The notes beneath the pieces are model-generated. The model searched no databases and was not told the DNA's origin. It worked only from the letters and a program-made list of their open reading frames with translations. 64,000 bases of DNA from Eledone cirrhosa (taxonomy: Eukaryota): NCBI GenBank assembly GCA_964016885.1, contig OZ024740.1, forward strand, positions 345,092,001-345,156,000, in the 5' to 3' direction. Position 1 is the first letter of the stretch, and each line of letters begins with the position of its first letter. The position numbers were made by a program, and so were the translations under genes. Below are positions 39,701 to 61,640 of the stretch, piece by piece.

Positions 39701-42206
39701 AGCAGGGACTGATATGAGATCAATTAACGCTTCTCCCAGCAGGCAATTACTAGAAAAGGCTTATGCAAAAGAATCTCTATATTATCAATTATTATTTTCA
39801 TTATTTTTATTTTTTTCGAAAAGTTCCTTAGGATAAATCAAAGCAACAGCTGAACGTAAACCACACCTGCCAACAACAACAACATCACTAATCATCCCAT
39901 ATGCAGCAACTCGAGTATTGCTTTAATGGCAGGTGAAACTGCCAGGAGTAGCAGCAAGAACAGCTACATCAGTAATGGCAACAACAGTAGTTCTATTCTG
40001 ACGGTTAGCTCCTTTGATGTAGTTGCAAAACCTTTTTACTATGTACCGCAGGAAAATAAACATACGCAAAAGCAAGAAGCTGGAGAAATCATCCAAACAA
40101 AGGATGCTACTAGATCTCTTCGAGGAAATACAACGATATCTGTCTGTTACAATCCGACGTTTAAAAATGACATATCACGTGAAAATTGAAAGAAATTTGA
40201 AGGACACTTCTATGAATGGAGCCGAACAAGTGAGACGTGATAAAGAATGTCAGGCTCATAACATTTTTCTCAAAAGTGTTTGCAAAGATGTTGGTGCTTT
40301 TCATTGGTAGTTTAGTCGGAGATCTGATGCATCGTTTGGTTTATCTAAAGTAGATCCAAGTGTTTTGGGGCACTGGCAATTTTTTATTAATCTAAAGCGT
40401 TTGACAAATCGACAATCACTACCTGGAAACTGTCCTAAAAGCAGGTGTCTCCAACACATCTTTCAGAATCTATATAACAACGTCTAACAGCGACATCTAC
40501 TCAGTAGCCAACGAAACAGCCACGTATCCTTGCATATACAACAGTCGGTCTATCAGGAATGTCCCCACTGGAAGCCTCTACAGGGAAGAAGAAGAATAGA
40601 CATCTTAAAAGATATCCCGCTTCAAGTTAGTTGCAGGAAAACCATGTCTTCGAATGAAAATGATGTTATCGTCTGACACTTCAGATATAGAGTCAGTCAA
40701 ACCATACTGGAAAATAAGAGTAGGCTGGATACTGGAGCTTACATTAAACGCGTATGTTAGTGGGCTTGCAATTCACCAGGCAGCAATGGAGGCACACTCT
40801 AGGCAGCAGAAATTTCTACTGTTGCACCATCGGTCTGGTTTGGAGCCATGTTTGGACTGGTCTTTCAGGTAAAAACGCACTGGGAGGAGGTTATAAAAAA
40901 GAAAGGCAATCTACCTAACGATTGAGCAGAGAGAAAGCTGTCTCTCAATGATCGGGTGGTGGTGACAAACACCTATATCACTTTTGTGTTATACTACATA
41001 ACAGAACACGCCAAATACCTGATTAAAATGAAACACTTACCTTTCAACATTTGTGTGGAAGGGACATGTTCTGATGGTCAAAGAATATATCTACTGCCAA
41101 TAACCACTCTATGGGGTTCTTGAGATATCATTTCTAATTATGCACATACACGCAATAAGGCTTACAAACCTGCGGATTTACCCCAAGTAACACAACGACG
41201 ATGACAACGAAAGCGAATCTCAACCAATATAAGTTTCTTTTTTGTGTCATAAGTTTCTTCATCTGGTCTTCTTGATCAAGCTACCGCCTTGTGCCAAGCA
41301 CATACTACAGTAACTAGCGTGGAATCTAGAGTACTCACGTGCGCTCACAACAACGTGTCAAGCTGAGCAACGTGATAGGCAGCCAGATTATAGAGGAGGT
41401 TAGTAGATCGACAATGTCTTCAGATCCGGCTATCAGCCGGGTCTATAGTGAAGATTGAACCACCACTTTCTTTGTGAAGGGTTACAATCTAATTTCTTTC
41501 TGCCTTGGCGTTATGCTGAAGGTAGCTGTAAAGTGAACTCGACCAAACGGTTTGCTGACTGGAATCTTACTGTCGAGTCAAACTCTCATCATATTCTACT
41601 TGAAGAAGAACTGGATGATATAGAAGCAAATGCTGTATTCTAGTGTGTTTTATGAACAATGGGTAAGAAGGAGAAGATTGATTAGTCTAATTGGACCTAT
41701 TGTACTTATGCTTTACTAACAAAGAGGAAAGAAAACGGCAACGTTCAATGCCCGTAAAGTGATAGAGTAACCCAGGCTTTAGTGTGGAATTCTCCCTAGG
41801 AATATCCTAATATTGGGATCTGGGAAGCGGTCAGAGTTAACTCATCAATTGGGAATTGGTCCTAGTTGACATCATTATTGTGTTCTATTATCAAGTGTAT
41901 ATATTTAAAAATTCATATTATTGTTATACCTACTGTTCTAAGTTCATTGATACTCGCGTTCCTTTACTCCATGAAAACACTACTATGTGTTGTTTTTTCC
42001 TTGGGTTGTTCACAATATCTTAGGCCCTTGTGACCCGTAAAAGAAATTATCATTATAATTGTGATGTTAATGATCATGAAAAGGGTGATGAATGAGATTT
42101 ATTATTAACATAAAACAAAGAAAACCGAAATTAAACATATATCATGTGATACTATATTTTTCTTCTTTCTTTTATTTTATTCATATGCTTTTCATTGCTC
42201 TCTTTA

Positions 42207-42282
<76 letters not shown>

Positions 42283-42745
42283 TTATATTTATGTATATAT
42301 ATATATACGGTTTCAGTTCTTTTCCAATATTTTCATTTTACTAAAGTCTGTTTAAACATGAGGCTGTCTGTCAAATATTATCTCTCAACCATTTAAATAT
42401 TTTTAATGAACTTAGAATGAATATCTCCTTTACGTTGATCTCAGAAACATTCTTCGTGGCAAAGTTTTACTTCGACATGGAAGCCTTTACATTTTCGTAA
42501 AAGATATTTTTTTATATTTTTTCCACCTTTATCAGTATTTTCACACTTCCTCCCCCCGTCCCTTTCTGTCATACAAATACACATATATCTACATTTTCAA
42601 TCACTCATCCTTCAATTTCCTCTGTATTTCTCGCCCCGCCCCCAAACACACACGCACACAAACACGCACACACAAATATATATATATATGCAAAATTTGT
42701 ACATGCATTCAAACATATATTACAGAATGTATTTTTATATTTAGT

Positions 42746-42795
<50 letters not shown>

Positions 42796-42924
42796 TATAT
42801 ATACATTAATAATTACATACGCGTATATATGTAAGTATTACAATATTTCATATATTTGATTTATTTACAAGCACACAGACATACATACAAACCCACACAC
42901 TCAAGCACGGATATATATGAATTT

Positions 42925-44780
<1,856 letters not shown>

Positions 44781-44995
44781 GTTTATACATATTGTATATC
44801 GATGATAGATTTTTCTGTCTGTTTTCAGTATGAATGGTATCGATGCCCACATGATATTCTATGCAATGAGCATTGTACTTTTTTCACATTAACCTGATGT
44901 AAATCTGTCATGTACTTTCTTTTTATTATGCTTCATTTTATATGTGTATGTATGAATGCATGTATGTAGCTTAGTATACATTGTCATATATACAT

Positions 44996-45011
44996 ATGTA
45001 TGATATGTATG

Positions 45012-45098
<87 letters not shown>

Positions 45099-45176
45099 AC
45101 GTATTTATATATATATATATACATATATATATGTATGTGTATATATATATAATGTATGTGTATATATATATATATG

Positions 45177-45220
<44 letters not shown>

Positions 45221-45230
45221 TGTATGTGTG

Positions 45231-45264
<34 letters not shown>

Positions 45265-45324
45265 CATATATATACGATATATATATATATACATATATAT
45301 AAATATAAATATATACACACACAC

Positions 45325-45381
<57 letters not shown>
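44996..45381. repeat. Interrupted (TA)n microsatellite
   Basis: Direct reading. Confidence 0.95.
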
Positions 45382-45383
<2 letters not shown>

Positions 45384-45918
45384 TATGCATATATTTGTTT
45401 ATTTTAAATACTCTGCTTCTTCACCACGCATACACTCAAAATACTCAAAATGAAATGATATCACGGCGTATTCTGGTAACGTTTACAAATTGTCTTTTTA
45501 TCATTTCATATACTACTGCTTTTCTTCTTTGTATTTTTTAAATATATTACCATATTCAATAAAGAATTATGTACTATTGGAAGTGTCATATCTTGTCACA
45601 ACCAATATGATGTATTTGTTAGGGCGTTATTTCATCTTTCTTTCTATTTTGCTGTAGCTGTATTGGTTGTAATGGAAGAAGTTGTTGTTTTAGTTGATGT
45701 TGTTGCTGATGTTGTTGCTGTTGTTGTTGATGATGGTGATGATTATAATGGGGATGTGTAAAGCTGTCATTGTTACTCATCACGTGATGTCACCATGCTT
45801 CTCCTGTAAGTTCGGCGCGCGGGTGGTTATGTGAGAATGTTGTTGTGAATCCGTGTGCTGCCAAGGAACGTGGGTGTAACCCTGTTGTAATGTACGGTCC
45901 CTCTGGAGTTGCTAAACG

Positions 45919-45991
45919 TCATGGATTCAGGAGTTGCAAGGAGTTGGAATCATATCTCCATGCATAAAATGGCCGTCTGGATTGAGGGTAA
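45919..45991 (-). other. Possible terminal coding exon (unidentified)
   Basis: Strong acceptor ctttacttttctttatatttcatag. Frames xTLNPDGHFMHGDMIPTPCNS* or YPQSRRPFYAWRYDSNSLQLLNP*, followed by CAA-rich UTR-like sequence. Confidence 0.35.
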
Positions 45992-46547
45992 CTATGAAAT
46001 ATAAAGAAAAGTAAAGAATCAGTAAATAATATTTTCTGGAGTAAATATTTGAAAAAAACGTTGAATATATATTGAAAAGAACATAATTATTTATTAAGCA
46101 AAATCTCGCATAGGAGTATGGAATTATATATTTATATTTTATCTTTCCATCATTAACGTCAATTTACATCGCACATAGCTATAGGAGATAGGTTTCGACT
46201 AGAGAGAAAAGATTTAAAGAAACTGTCATCGGAATAATAATAGATGAAATAAAAGTACGTATGGGACTAAAAATATTTCAAAGAGAAATTAAATAAGTTA
46301 GAGAAATTAAATAAGGTAGAATGAACAAAGAGAACGAAAGAAAACTTAGCTTAAAGGTAAAGAGAATAAGAAGGAATTACGGAAGATAACTATCTGGTGA
46401 AAAAAGGTGTTAGAAATAGTTTCAGAATTCAGCCAGCTTGAATTCACCCCATGGTTTGAGATGATGACAGATATATAAACATAGAAAATCTCAGCCTTCT
46501 TTGCAACTCTTTAACCAAATATGTAATATATACTGCACTTGTATATG

Positions 46548-46586
<39 letters not shown>

Positions 46587-46755
46587 GTGTGCTTGTGTGT
46601 GTATGTTTGTACGTATGTATGTGTGTATATATGCGTATTTGTGTGTGTTTGTATATATAAAGTGAGTTGGCCACGTTAAAATCTTAACCGCCAGATAAAT
46701 ACCAACGGTAGGTAGCTATATAGGCCAAATTTACCCACATATTAGAAGTTACATC

Positions 46756-50851
<4,096 letters not shown>

Positions 50852-51589
50852 CGTGTGTGTGTGTATGTGTTGTGTTGTTTGTACATGATTCCGCTTTTGC
50901 AGTTCAGAAACCTCTTCGTTCTCTAGCAAGTACCTTATATACTAATGCTAGTCAAATGCTGTCTGTAACAAAGTCATGCCTGAAATTACTTCAGAAGATT
51001 TTGGAACATTTAGCGCCCTTATTCTGTCAACATCAATTATACGTTGAACTTCACCCCCCCCCCCCCCCCCTAATCGGCAACCATCATTACACTATATGAA
51101 ATGAACTCTTTTATTTGTTTTTGCTTTTGTTTATTTTTTTCGCAAAATCTCCAAGGTGTTTCTGTACTTCATGTTTAAGTTATCTAAACTGAAACTATCA
51201 CTGGAAATATTATATAGTGATTTCATTGCTATTGTTTCTTTAATGACATGTAGTATATTGGCTGAAATATTAGCGTCAATGGATATGTAAATCATACTTG
51301 CTCATTATATCTAAATATATACAAATATAGCATGAAGTTAGAGAACTACATATATAATATGCTGTTCCTTTAGCTGGCATTGCTAACTTTAAATTGCTTC
51401 TATAAACATTTAAAATGACACAACAGGTAACATTGTTATATGTTCACAATTAACCCCTCTATAAAAACATAGTCTATTTACCGTCTGTTTGTTGAACATC
51501 ATTGAAGAATAATTCATGTTATAATGATTTTATAATGGTAGGTATTTAAACAATATTTTAAATAGCAATCAAAATGTTTTATTACTGGC

Positions 51590-51851
51590 ACGAGTGTTCC
51601 AGGTGATATTATCAACGGAACAGCCTGCTCATGAAATTAATGCGCAAGTGGCTTAGCGTTCCATACATGCGTACACTTAACGTCGTTCTTAGGGAGATTC
51701 AGTGTGACACAGAATGTGACAAGGGTGGCGATTCAAATTGCCAGCTGAGATGATTGGAGCAAAGTGAAATAAATTGTCTTGCTCAAGGATACCTAGCTCC
51801 ACCGTAAGATTTTGAGCCGAACACCCTAATCACAAACCCATGCGCCTTCAC
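51590..51851 (-). mobile_element. Second SINE family remnant
   Basis: Reverse complement begins gtgaaggcgcatgg and contains ccttgagcaagacaatttatttcac. A related fragment is at about 29164-29190. Confidence 0.6.
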
Positions 51852-54765
51852 AATCAAAATATTTTAAACATTTATTAAAATAATATTTGATTATCTTCAG
51901 TGCGTTTAAATATACCCCAAATAAATACTTCCATTGAAAAGACCTAGTCACTATAAACAATACCTCTCATAAAATCCCTATATGCCACGAACCCCAAGTT
52001 CCTCATCTGAATCAATCAGTTAACCAATGTTTTCAATAATTCTCTGTAGTCATGTTTTCCTTATTGACTTCCTAAAAAAATTAATAATCACATCTTAATT
52101 GGATTTTGCTACTTGTTACACAATTTGTGTCTTGTACATAATATATCAATCACAAAGCTATTTTGATAACATGTAAATGCATTGATTAATTTTTATGAAG
52201 CCTGCTCACAACATCAATGAATCGATTGGCCAAATGTGTAACATTTTGTTTTCAGGTAGATTATATTGTTGTCTTCTATTAATACCAGATCAACCCTGAT
52301 CAAGCAGATCTATGACAAAATCATTCCATTATTCTCGATTTTTTTTTCTGGTGGGGGAGGGGTGTTCTTATATCACGAACTGTCCTATAAATCTCACTGT
52401 CTCTATTTCTAGAACATTTCTCTGCAACTTCTAGAAGTCCGAATGATCTTTTTCAAGGTCTCTTATTACTTCATGTTGTTTCAGCGTCCTTCATACATTT
52501 GGCAAAACCCTTAAAATAATACATACAATCTCGACCGAGGTATGAATTTGAATTCAAGGAAATAATCTACGTTTCCTCTACACCTAACCTCCGTGCGATT
52601 ACCGAAGAATTGGGCCCATATTTCACCGATATTATTGTAGTACTGACAAAATATGTCCAGTTAAGCACTAGAGGGATCTATTCGACTGACTCTAACTCCT
52701 GCCTCCCCTTTTTTGTTAAATTTAAAATCAATATAAGTATGACGTTATAGTTATTGAATGTTATTATACTGTATATATGATTGAACTAATAATTCGTATA
52801 TTTTCATTTTGCCATTAATAAAATCATTTTTATATTCCTATATTTCCTTCAATGGAATGAAATTTATTCACATATGATATAAGAAGGAAATCTTCAAAAA
52901 CTTCGAAATTTCTTTTCGCAATATTTCATTATATTTGACTAGCAAAATGCTTGACCGTTTCCGATTTCCAAAATATGCATAATGCTTACCGTTGTATATA
53001 CGTATAAGGCTTCCATTGAGAGGTTCGTCTGACGTTTGCCATGTGGTAAAGCTATACATCTTTCCTTGGGCTGTGCTTATATAGTTTGTTTTGATATCTT
53101 GTTTACATATTCTCTTTACCCAACCCTTTTCTCTTAGATTTATATTCAATAAAAAAAATGGTAAACGTGTGTTGTTAGATGTATTCATTTACAAAAAAGC
53201 AACAGTGTCAGATTTAGCGAGGTATGTTTGGTTGATCTAATCTATTAGAGACTGAGTCGGAGTCTCTATTTGATTATTAGGTAGGAATAGTTCTAACATT
53301 CTGGAAAAAGTTTCTTACATCAAATAATTACATTTTATCTCGCCTATTAACGAGAATCTTCAGTTTATTTAAAATTTGAATCTGTATATGCAATATATTG
53401 AACTGATCCAGTGTAACAGTACTTATAATAACGAGACTTGAAAGATGAAAGCAGAGTCGATCTTAACAGAATTTGAACATCAAAACTGAGATACCAAACA
53501 CTTTGAGACAGATCCATGAATAATTCCTTTTAATGTGAAGAAGCTATTTCCCAACAGCATTTGCGTAGTTTTCACACTGGAATAGGCATAATTAAAACGG
53601 TGTATTTCTGTCTTCAAGTTGACCAAGGATTCTTTCTGTTTCAGTTATTTAAATCACAATTATTATTGCGAACTTGAACGCATGACACGAAGCTATTATA
53701 TAATCTACATATTTTGTTAATTCTCATTGAGTAATGCTAGAAATCAATATAAAATCCTATGCATTATCACAGTCTTTTAAGCCGGGGGGATTGCAAAGAC
53801 GTGATTAACCAAGTGACATTCCTCCGAACAATCCTGAAATTAATTGCTTTGCAGCTCATGTGGCTCAAATGTTGATAACGTTGAAGAGTTAAATATTCCT
53901 CGTAAATAGTCAGGAAATGTTATAATTGTAGTAAAGTCACCAAGCAAAACAACGCCTCAAATCGTATTAACAGTGTTTTCATACTTAATCCTTGCCTATT
54001 AACCTTCATCAATGCAAGCCATTCAGAGCATTCTTTCGTTTTATCTTATCAAATATATCACGATTACGGAAAACTTCCTATAATAGAAAGTTCTAGAGGA
54101 ATGCAGTTTGGGTTGCCATTTCCATTTAAAATTAGAGCCGCTTCACTTGTATAACATGTACCTTTGGGAAACTTCATTTATGTCGCACTTCTCTATTGCT
54201 TCTTATCTACAACTTTATGATGTTATGCTATATCTTAAATATAGTTTCGCTTTCGTTGTTGTTATCGTTGTGCGTCAGTCTTAGTTTGTTACTGATTAAA
54301 AAGACATATGGACAGAGGTACAATTAATAAGAACTGCATTATCTAATGTATTATTCCTTTCTCCGGATGGTAGGTGGTGATTTGAAGGATATAGACTGTG
54401 GTCACATTGTGGCACCGCTTTTAAGGGTTATGTAGGTTTATATCGACATCATTACTTGAATGATACATATTTTATCGATTTTGACAGCCCAGTATATGAA
54501 ACGATCGAACCAAGTACCACAAATCATTTTGTTCGGCTATATAACCATCATTCTTTCCATCATCCAATGTAAATATAACAAAGGAAACCCACCAATTTTT
54601 AAAATACTGATAAGGGTTAATATCTTTCGCATATGCAATAGCAAGACATGTCTACACAACACCCAACTGCGAAAATTTGGGGAAAATGAAAAAGTGAAAT
54701 ATTTTTACAGAGTTAGTTTTTCAAACGGTATATAAGTTAAATAACTAAAGTTCTACATTGCATAC

Positions 54766-54852
54766 CTTCTCTGGATTTTTGGTGTTAGAGATAATCGTTC
54801 AGGGCGGGGTGATGCGGATGGGGCCAAACGCCAGGCAGACAGCCGCAATCTC
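54766..54852 (-). other. Possible 87-bp exon (unidentified)
   Basis: Acceptor ctgtttatctttgtag, donor AAG|GTATGC, GC-rich island. Frames GDCGCLPGVWPHPHHPALNDYL* or open RLRLSAWRLAPSASPRPERLSLTPKIQR. Confidence 0.4.
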
Positions 54853-55252
54853 CTACAAAGATAAACAGGACTCTAGTAAGAGAACAGAAAGAAACCTCTA
54901 GAGATTGATGCAGTGTCTGTTCCTCAAGTAATAAGCTACTTTACGATACTACTCATAATATTTCCCATACATAAATGCATTGAAGGTGTTATTTCATATG
55001 CAGGAAACAGGCTGTGAAAATGTCATCACAGATTTTTACTATGATGGTTGGAGAACTGAGGTGCTGTAGTTGTCGTGGGTATGGCAAGTATGCAGGGTTG
55101 TGAAATTGTAAGTTGAATCGAATAAAATATAAATATTTGCTGAGAATAATCACAGAAGCAAAAGTAATGTAATATTAATAATAATTGTATTATATATATA
55201 TATATATATAAATATATATATATAAATATATATATATAAATATATATATATA

Positions 55253-55320
<68 letters not shown>

Positions 55321-55323
<3 letters not shown>

Positions 55324-56118
55324 TATTAATCATGAGTTCAAATCTCAGGTAGTCCTTTACAATGAAATAGCTCAAAGAAAGAAGTATTTCTGAGCCCCGT
55401 GTAATACAAGTTAATATGAATTAATATATTTGATAAACACAAATACCAACATATCCATGTTTGTATTGTAAATGACTAAGTATTTTTCAATCTAGCTAAC
55501 TTAGTCATTTACAATACAAACATGGATATGTTGGTATTTGTGTTTATCAAATATATTAATTTATATTAACTTGTATTACACGGCTCAGAAATACTTCTTT
55601 CTTTGAGCTATTTCATTGTAAAGTACTACCTGAGATTTGAACTCATTATTAATAATATCACTGCTCCTTACGTAGAGCTAAATTTAACCCCATATAAACG
55701 GCTGTTATTTCTAGCAGCACGAGTATGCGGTAGCTAGACACTGGATAACCATGTGTAAAAAACCATTTGCGTTAAACAGTCTTTTTAAATATTTTGAAGT
55801 GAAACATACCAATTTTTCTGGTGCTTGCTGAGGAGATAGAAATGCGGTATTCTTTCACTTTCATTTTTCGAAACTTATTTGGATTTTAAGGTTTAAACCA
55901 GTCTAAGGAACAGGTTTGATTTTGAAATTTAAATGTGTCCAAGCACCACGGCCATTTGCCAATATACTTTGTTTTTATTGATTTATTATTTTAAATCGAG
56001 ACAGGCTAACTGTATTATTATAATTAGTATTTTTCAATCTAGCTAACTTAGTCATTTACAATACAAACATGGATATGTTGGTATTTGTGTTTATCAAATA
56101 TATTAATTTATATTAACT

Positions 56119-56123
<5 letters not shown>
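55321..56123. mobile_element. Inverted plus tandem insert of a 547-bp hammerhead unit in (TA)n
   Basis: 55321-55480 is the reverse complement of about 55500-55658. Unit 55481-56027 restarts at 56028 for about 95 bp. TA tracts on both sides. Confidence 0.9.
55819..55948 (+). ncRNA. Canonical type I hammerhead ribozyme with long stem III
   Basis: tggtgcttg-CTGAGGA(55828-55834)-ga..gaaatg/catttttc-GAAAC(55870-55874)-long hairpin-GTC(55937-55939)-caagcacca. Stem I is 9 bp. Confidence 0.88.
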
Positions 56124-56176
<53 letters not shown>

Positions 56177-56363
56177 ATCATGTTTAGAAGAGCAAATGGG
56201 AAAATCTGTGATCGATTTGTGTAGTAGAGTAGTATGTCACAGGTGGTACAACGAGGATGACTTTATCACTTCTATGGAGTGTGAATGATTACACGACATG
56301 CAAAATGACTCCGAGATGTTAATGTATCACTCAGACAGTGCCAAGACGTATAGTAACACAAAC

Positions 56364-56642
<279 letters not shown>

Positions 56643-56866
56643 GTGCATTGCTGACTATACGTTCAGACGTATTGTCAGCAATGCATATTTATGTTGATCT
56701 ACACATCAAGATAAATCAACCCGCTCCATTTTCAGTTACATGCAATTGGTGCTAATATTGTTCCCAACAACAATCTCTTTACCCATCTCCTATCTTTACA
56801 CGTCTTCTTCAACATCTAACTTCCGACAAAAAATATATATTAACCACATTAAACTACTACGTAACA

Positions 56867-56973
<107 letters not shown>

Positions 56974-57477
56974 CTCTCTTACACCGTTCTTCTATAAAAT
57001 TCTATAACTCTTTCCTTTCAAAACAGAAGCAGAAAACACGGATTAACTATGTATTATATATTTTTAATTGGTTTCCGTTTAAAAATCATCCCTGTATTTC
57101 TGATTAAATTTTGAGAAGAAATAAGCAAACAAACAAATAAATTAATTAATTACTGTGGAAGGAGAAGAGTGATATAATAAAAGTGTTTATTGAGAGTATG
57201 GCATCGAACAAATGTGTGTTTGAAACAAAGAAAAAAATATCTACCACAGACTCACATGCATGTACAGACAAGCAGATTCTGTAACAGTAAAACATACAGA
57301 CATACACAAACACGCACCCATATTTGCGCTCACACACGCACAAAAACACACACACACAGACACACACACACACACACATATATATATAAATATATATATA
57401 TGTCATATAAATACATGTCTGTGTTTTGTGTGTCATTATCTATTTATCTATCTATCCCTCTCTATATGTGTGTGTGC

Positions 57478-57522
<45 letters not shown>

Positions 57523-57778
57523 ACTCTTGTCCCTCTCTAACACCCTCGCTCTCTCTTTCAATCTCTCTCTATATATGAGATGGATAAGTACTATAGGAAA
57601 GCATAGAAACAGCACTACACAATCACATATACGTACACATACTCCCATAATCTCCGTCAAACATAATATAATTGACGAATACATATATATATGTGTGCAT
57701 GTGAGTTGTTTGTGTGGGTGAGAATGTATTTCTATAGGTTTATGTTTGTCTTATTGTAGAGAGCGGGAGGAACACATA

Positions 57779-58092
<314 letters not shown>

Positions 58093-58495
58093 TATATATA
58101 TATATATATATATATGCGCATATACAATATAATGTTTCTGAATATGTATATATATAAATATTTACATATATATAGATATGTATATATGTATGTATGCATA
58201 TATATATATACATATATATATATATATGTATGTATGTATGCATGTGAGTATTGCATATATGTAAGTGTATGTATGCAAGTACACATACATGTATACAAGT
58301 TGCATGTGCATTTCCTCGAAACCACATATAACGGTACAATCATATATGTTTGGTTTTGTGTAAGCAATTAAATTCTGTGAGAATAGAATTAATGTCACAA
58401 TGTAAAATTACAAAAAAATTACAATTATTCATGTATGTGTGTGTGTGTTAGCGAATGTGTATATTCGCATTCGTGAATATCTCTCAACTCATATA

Positions 58496-58541
<46 letters not shown>

Positions 58542-58658
58542 TTGAGAGATATTCACGAATTCACGAATCCGAATATACACATTCGCTATATATATGTATA
58601 TGTATATACACACATATATATATATCTCAACTCACATATTTATATATATATGTATATG

Positions 58659-58871
<213 letters not shown>

Positions 58872-59282
58872 GCATATGTGTGTGTGTGGGTGTGTGTATT
58901 GTGTATGTATGGATGAGTGTGAGAGCACATGCAATAAATCCGCCATATTTTTTATGCTCGCGCATCATCATGAATATGTTATAAAAATATATGTATTTAT
59001 AAATATATGTATTTTCCCATCCTCTTTTATGACTCATCACACGTCTCGTAAAAAAGATGATCCACCAGTCAACCAGAACATAAGTTGCCTTTAGGATTCA
59101 TGTCCCAGTCAGTATTTAAAAATATACAAAGAAATCGGGGAGAAAAAATATTAACAGATAAGCTACTGTTAAACCTAGTATGTATGCATGTATGTATGTT
59201 TGTAGATACGTATGTATGTATATATGTACGTATCTATGAATGTATGTTTGTATCTAAGTATGTGTGTATGTATGTATATTTG

Positions 59283-59316
<34 letters not shown>

Positions 59317-59330
59317 TGTATGTATGTATG

Positions 59331-59424
<94 letters not shown>

Positions 59425-59427
<3 letters not shown>

Positions 59428-59631
59428 CGAAGGAAATGTGGTAAGGAACCAGGTTGACCATAACGCACCAAAGTACTCAATACTTAGGGTAGTAGAGTGG
59501 GTAATAGGAACAAGTAAGTCCCCGACGGCTGAGCTCAAGCCGTTTCGACGGCTAATTCTGTACTACGACGAATTGAGTACAGAATTAGCCGTCGAAACGG
59601 CTTGAGCTCAGCCGTCGGGGTCTTACTTGTT

Positions 59632-59635
<4 letters not shown>
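59425..59635. mobile_element. Family A fold-back insert in (TA)n
   Basis: Long arm minus-sense. Centre gacggctaattctgtact-11 nt-agtacagaattagccgtc. Confidence 0.88.
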
Positions 59636-59670
<35 letters not shown>

Positions 59671-59697
59671 ATAAATTAACGGAGGCATAGGCCGTCG

Positions 59698-59780
<83 letters not shown>

Positions 59781-60190
59781 AAAGGGACCAGTTAAATAAC
59801 ACACAATAATATATATATATATATTATTTTGTGTTATTTAACTCGCTTCTTGTGCTGTTCATGTTGATATTGCTGTTGCTCCTGTCACTGTTTGTTCTTT
59901 ATCAAGGAATTTCCTGTCCTCTACATAAAGCTGCAGCACACACAAGGATATGTGAACCCTTTTCAAATATATTCGTTTACTTGTTTTTGATAGTTTTAAT
60001 TATTTTGTACCAAGGCTTGTAATAAAAACATAACAAATAAATTTGGATTCTATGAAGTGATTGATTATACGTTGGCGGTTTCGATGTTTAGTTTAAAGAG
60101 AAAATGGAGGTTAGAAGTATAAAGGAAGAGAGTGAGAGAGAAAGCTAGATAGATATATAGATAGAGACAGAGAGAGAATGAGAGATAGAG

Positions 60191-60263
<73 letters not shown>

Positions 60264-61506
60264 AAGATGATCAGTTAGACAAATAAAGGAATAGATTGCA
60301 GTGGGTTGGATTAAATAGCGAGCAGACAGACAGATGGGGAACATATAAGGGCAGAGATAAATGAAAAGCGTAAAAAAAATGTTTTATATGTAAATAAGAT
60401 GAGGTTTCAGACACAAGAGAAAAGAGAGAATAAGGAAGAATAACGAGATGATGCCAGATATAGGTAAGGAGGTAGAAAGAAGAGAGCGTTTGAGAAAGAG
60501 ACACTTTTAGAAATAGAAACAAGAGAGGTAGAGAAATGGTGGGAGAATCATGAGGATTTTTGTGACAATATTAGATGTCGAATCATATAGGATTTAAGTA
60601 ATATATAAAGCATTTCTCTCTTTGTCCACTCACACATTTTCGTTCACATACTCACTTTTCTGGGCATTTTTCACTCCCTTTTTTGTCCCTCTTCTCCCCC
60701 TCTCTCTGGCTCAGATTTGTGCGTATGTATGTGTGTGTGTGTGTGTGTGTATATGTGTCTCTGTAAACTCTCCAATGTCTAAAACTTCGTGTTCTCCCTC
60801 CGTTTCTCTTGTCCCCCCCCCTTCTCTATCTCTTTCATTCATTATCTTCTTTCCCTAAGAAACCTCCTATAAAAATACATTTTTTTCTAAATCAAAGTTG
60901 TTCTAAGTGAGAAACTGAATACTGAATTGTTGTTCCTTCAAACACAGCTCGCAATTTTTCATTCATATATATTTTCCCCTTAGCTGTGACCTGTCTTTTT
61001 CTCTTCCCTTGCTGCTATCCTCTTTCTATCTCCGCTTTCTCTCTCCTTCCCCCTCTTACTTTCACTCACCCCCTCTGCTAGTCACCTTCTCTCAGCTAGC
61101 TTCTTCCTCCACCTTTCACTCTCTGCTACTCACCCTCTCTCTCACATCCTCCATAGTCCCACACCGTACGAGATTCTTTCCTCGCTCACATCCGCACGGC
61201 CAAGATGTGTCTTTGCCTTCTCGTCAATATTCGCAAGTTCTTATGTTCAAAATGAATTATTAACTTGATTTTCAAATCTTTTCCTCTCTTTACGTTGCCT
61301 CACCATTCGTGTTTATTTACCTGTCTCTCTTTCTCCACCCAACTCTTTTTATCCCAATAACTTAATTTAGTTATTGTATCGCCCTAGCTTGAGGTATATG
61401 GTCTGTAATGCGAAGAAATACCTATGATGGTTAATAGACGACTGATGACGTATATTTCTAATTCTTCATTTATTATATATATATATATTTATATATTTAT
61501 ATATAA

Positions 61507-61640
<134 letters not shown>

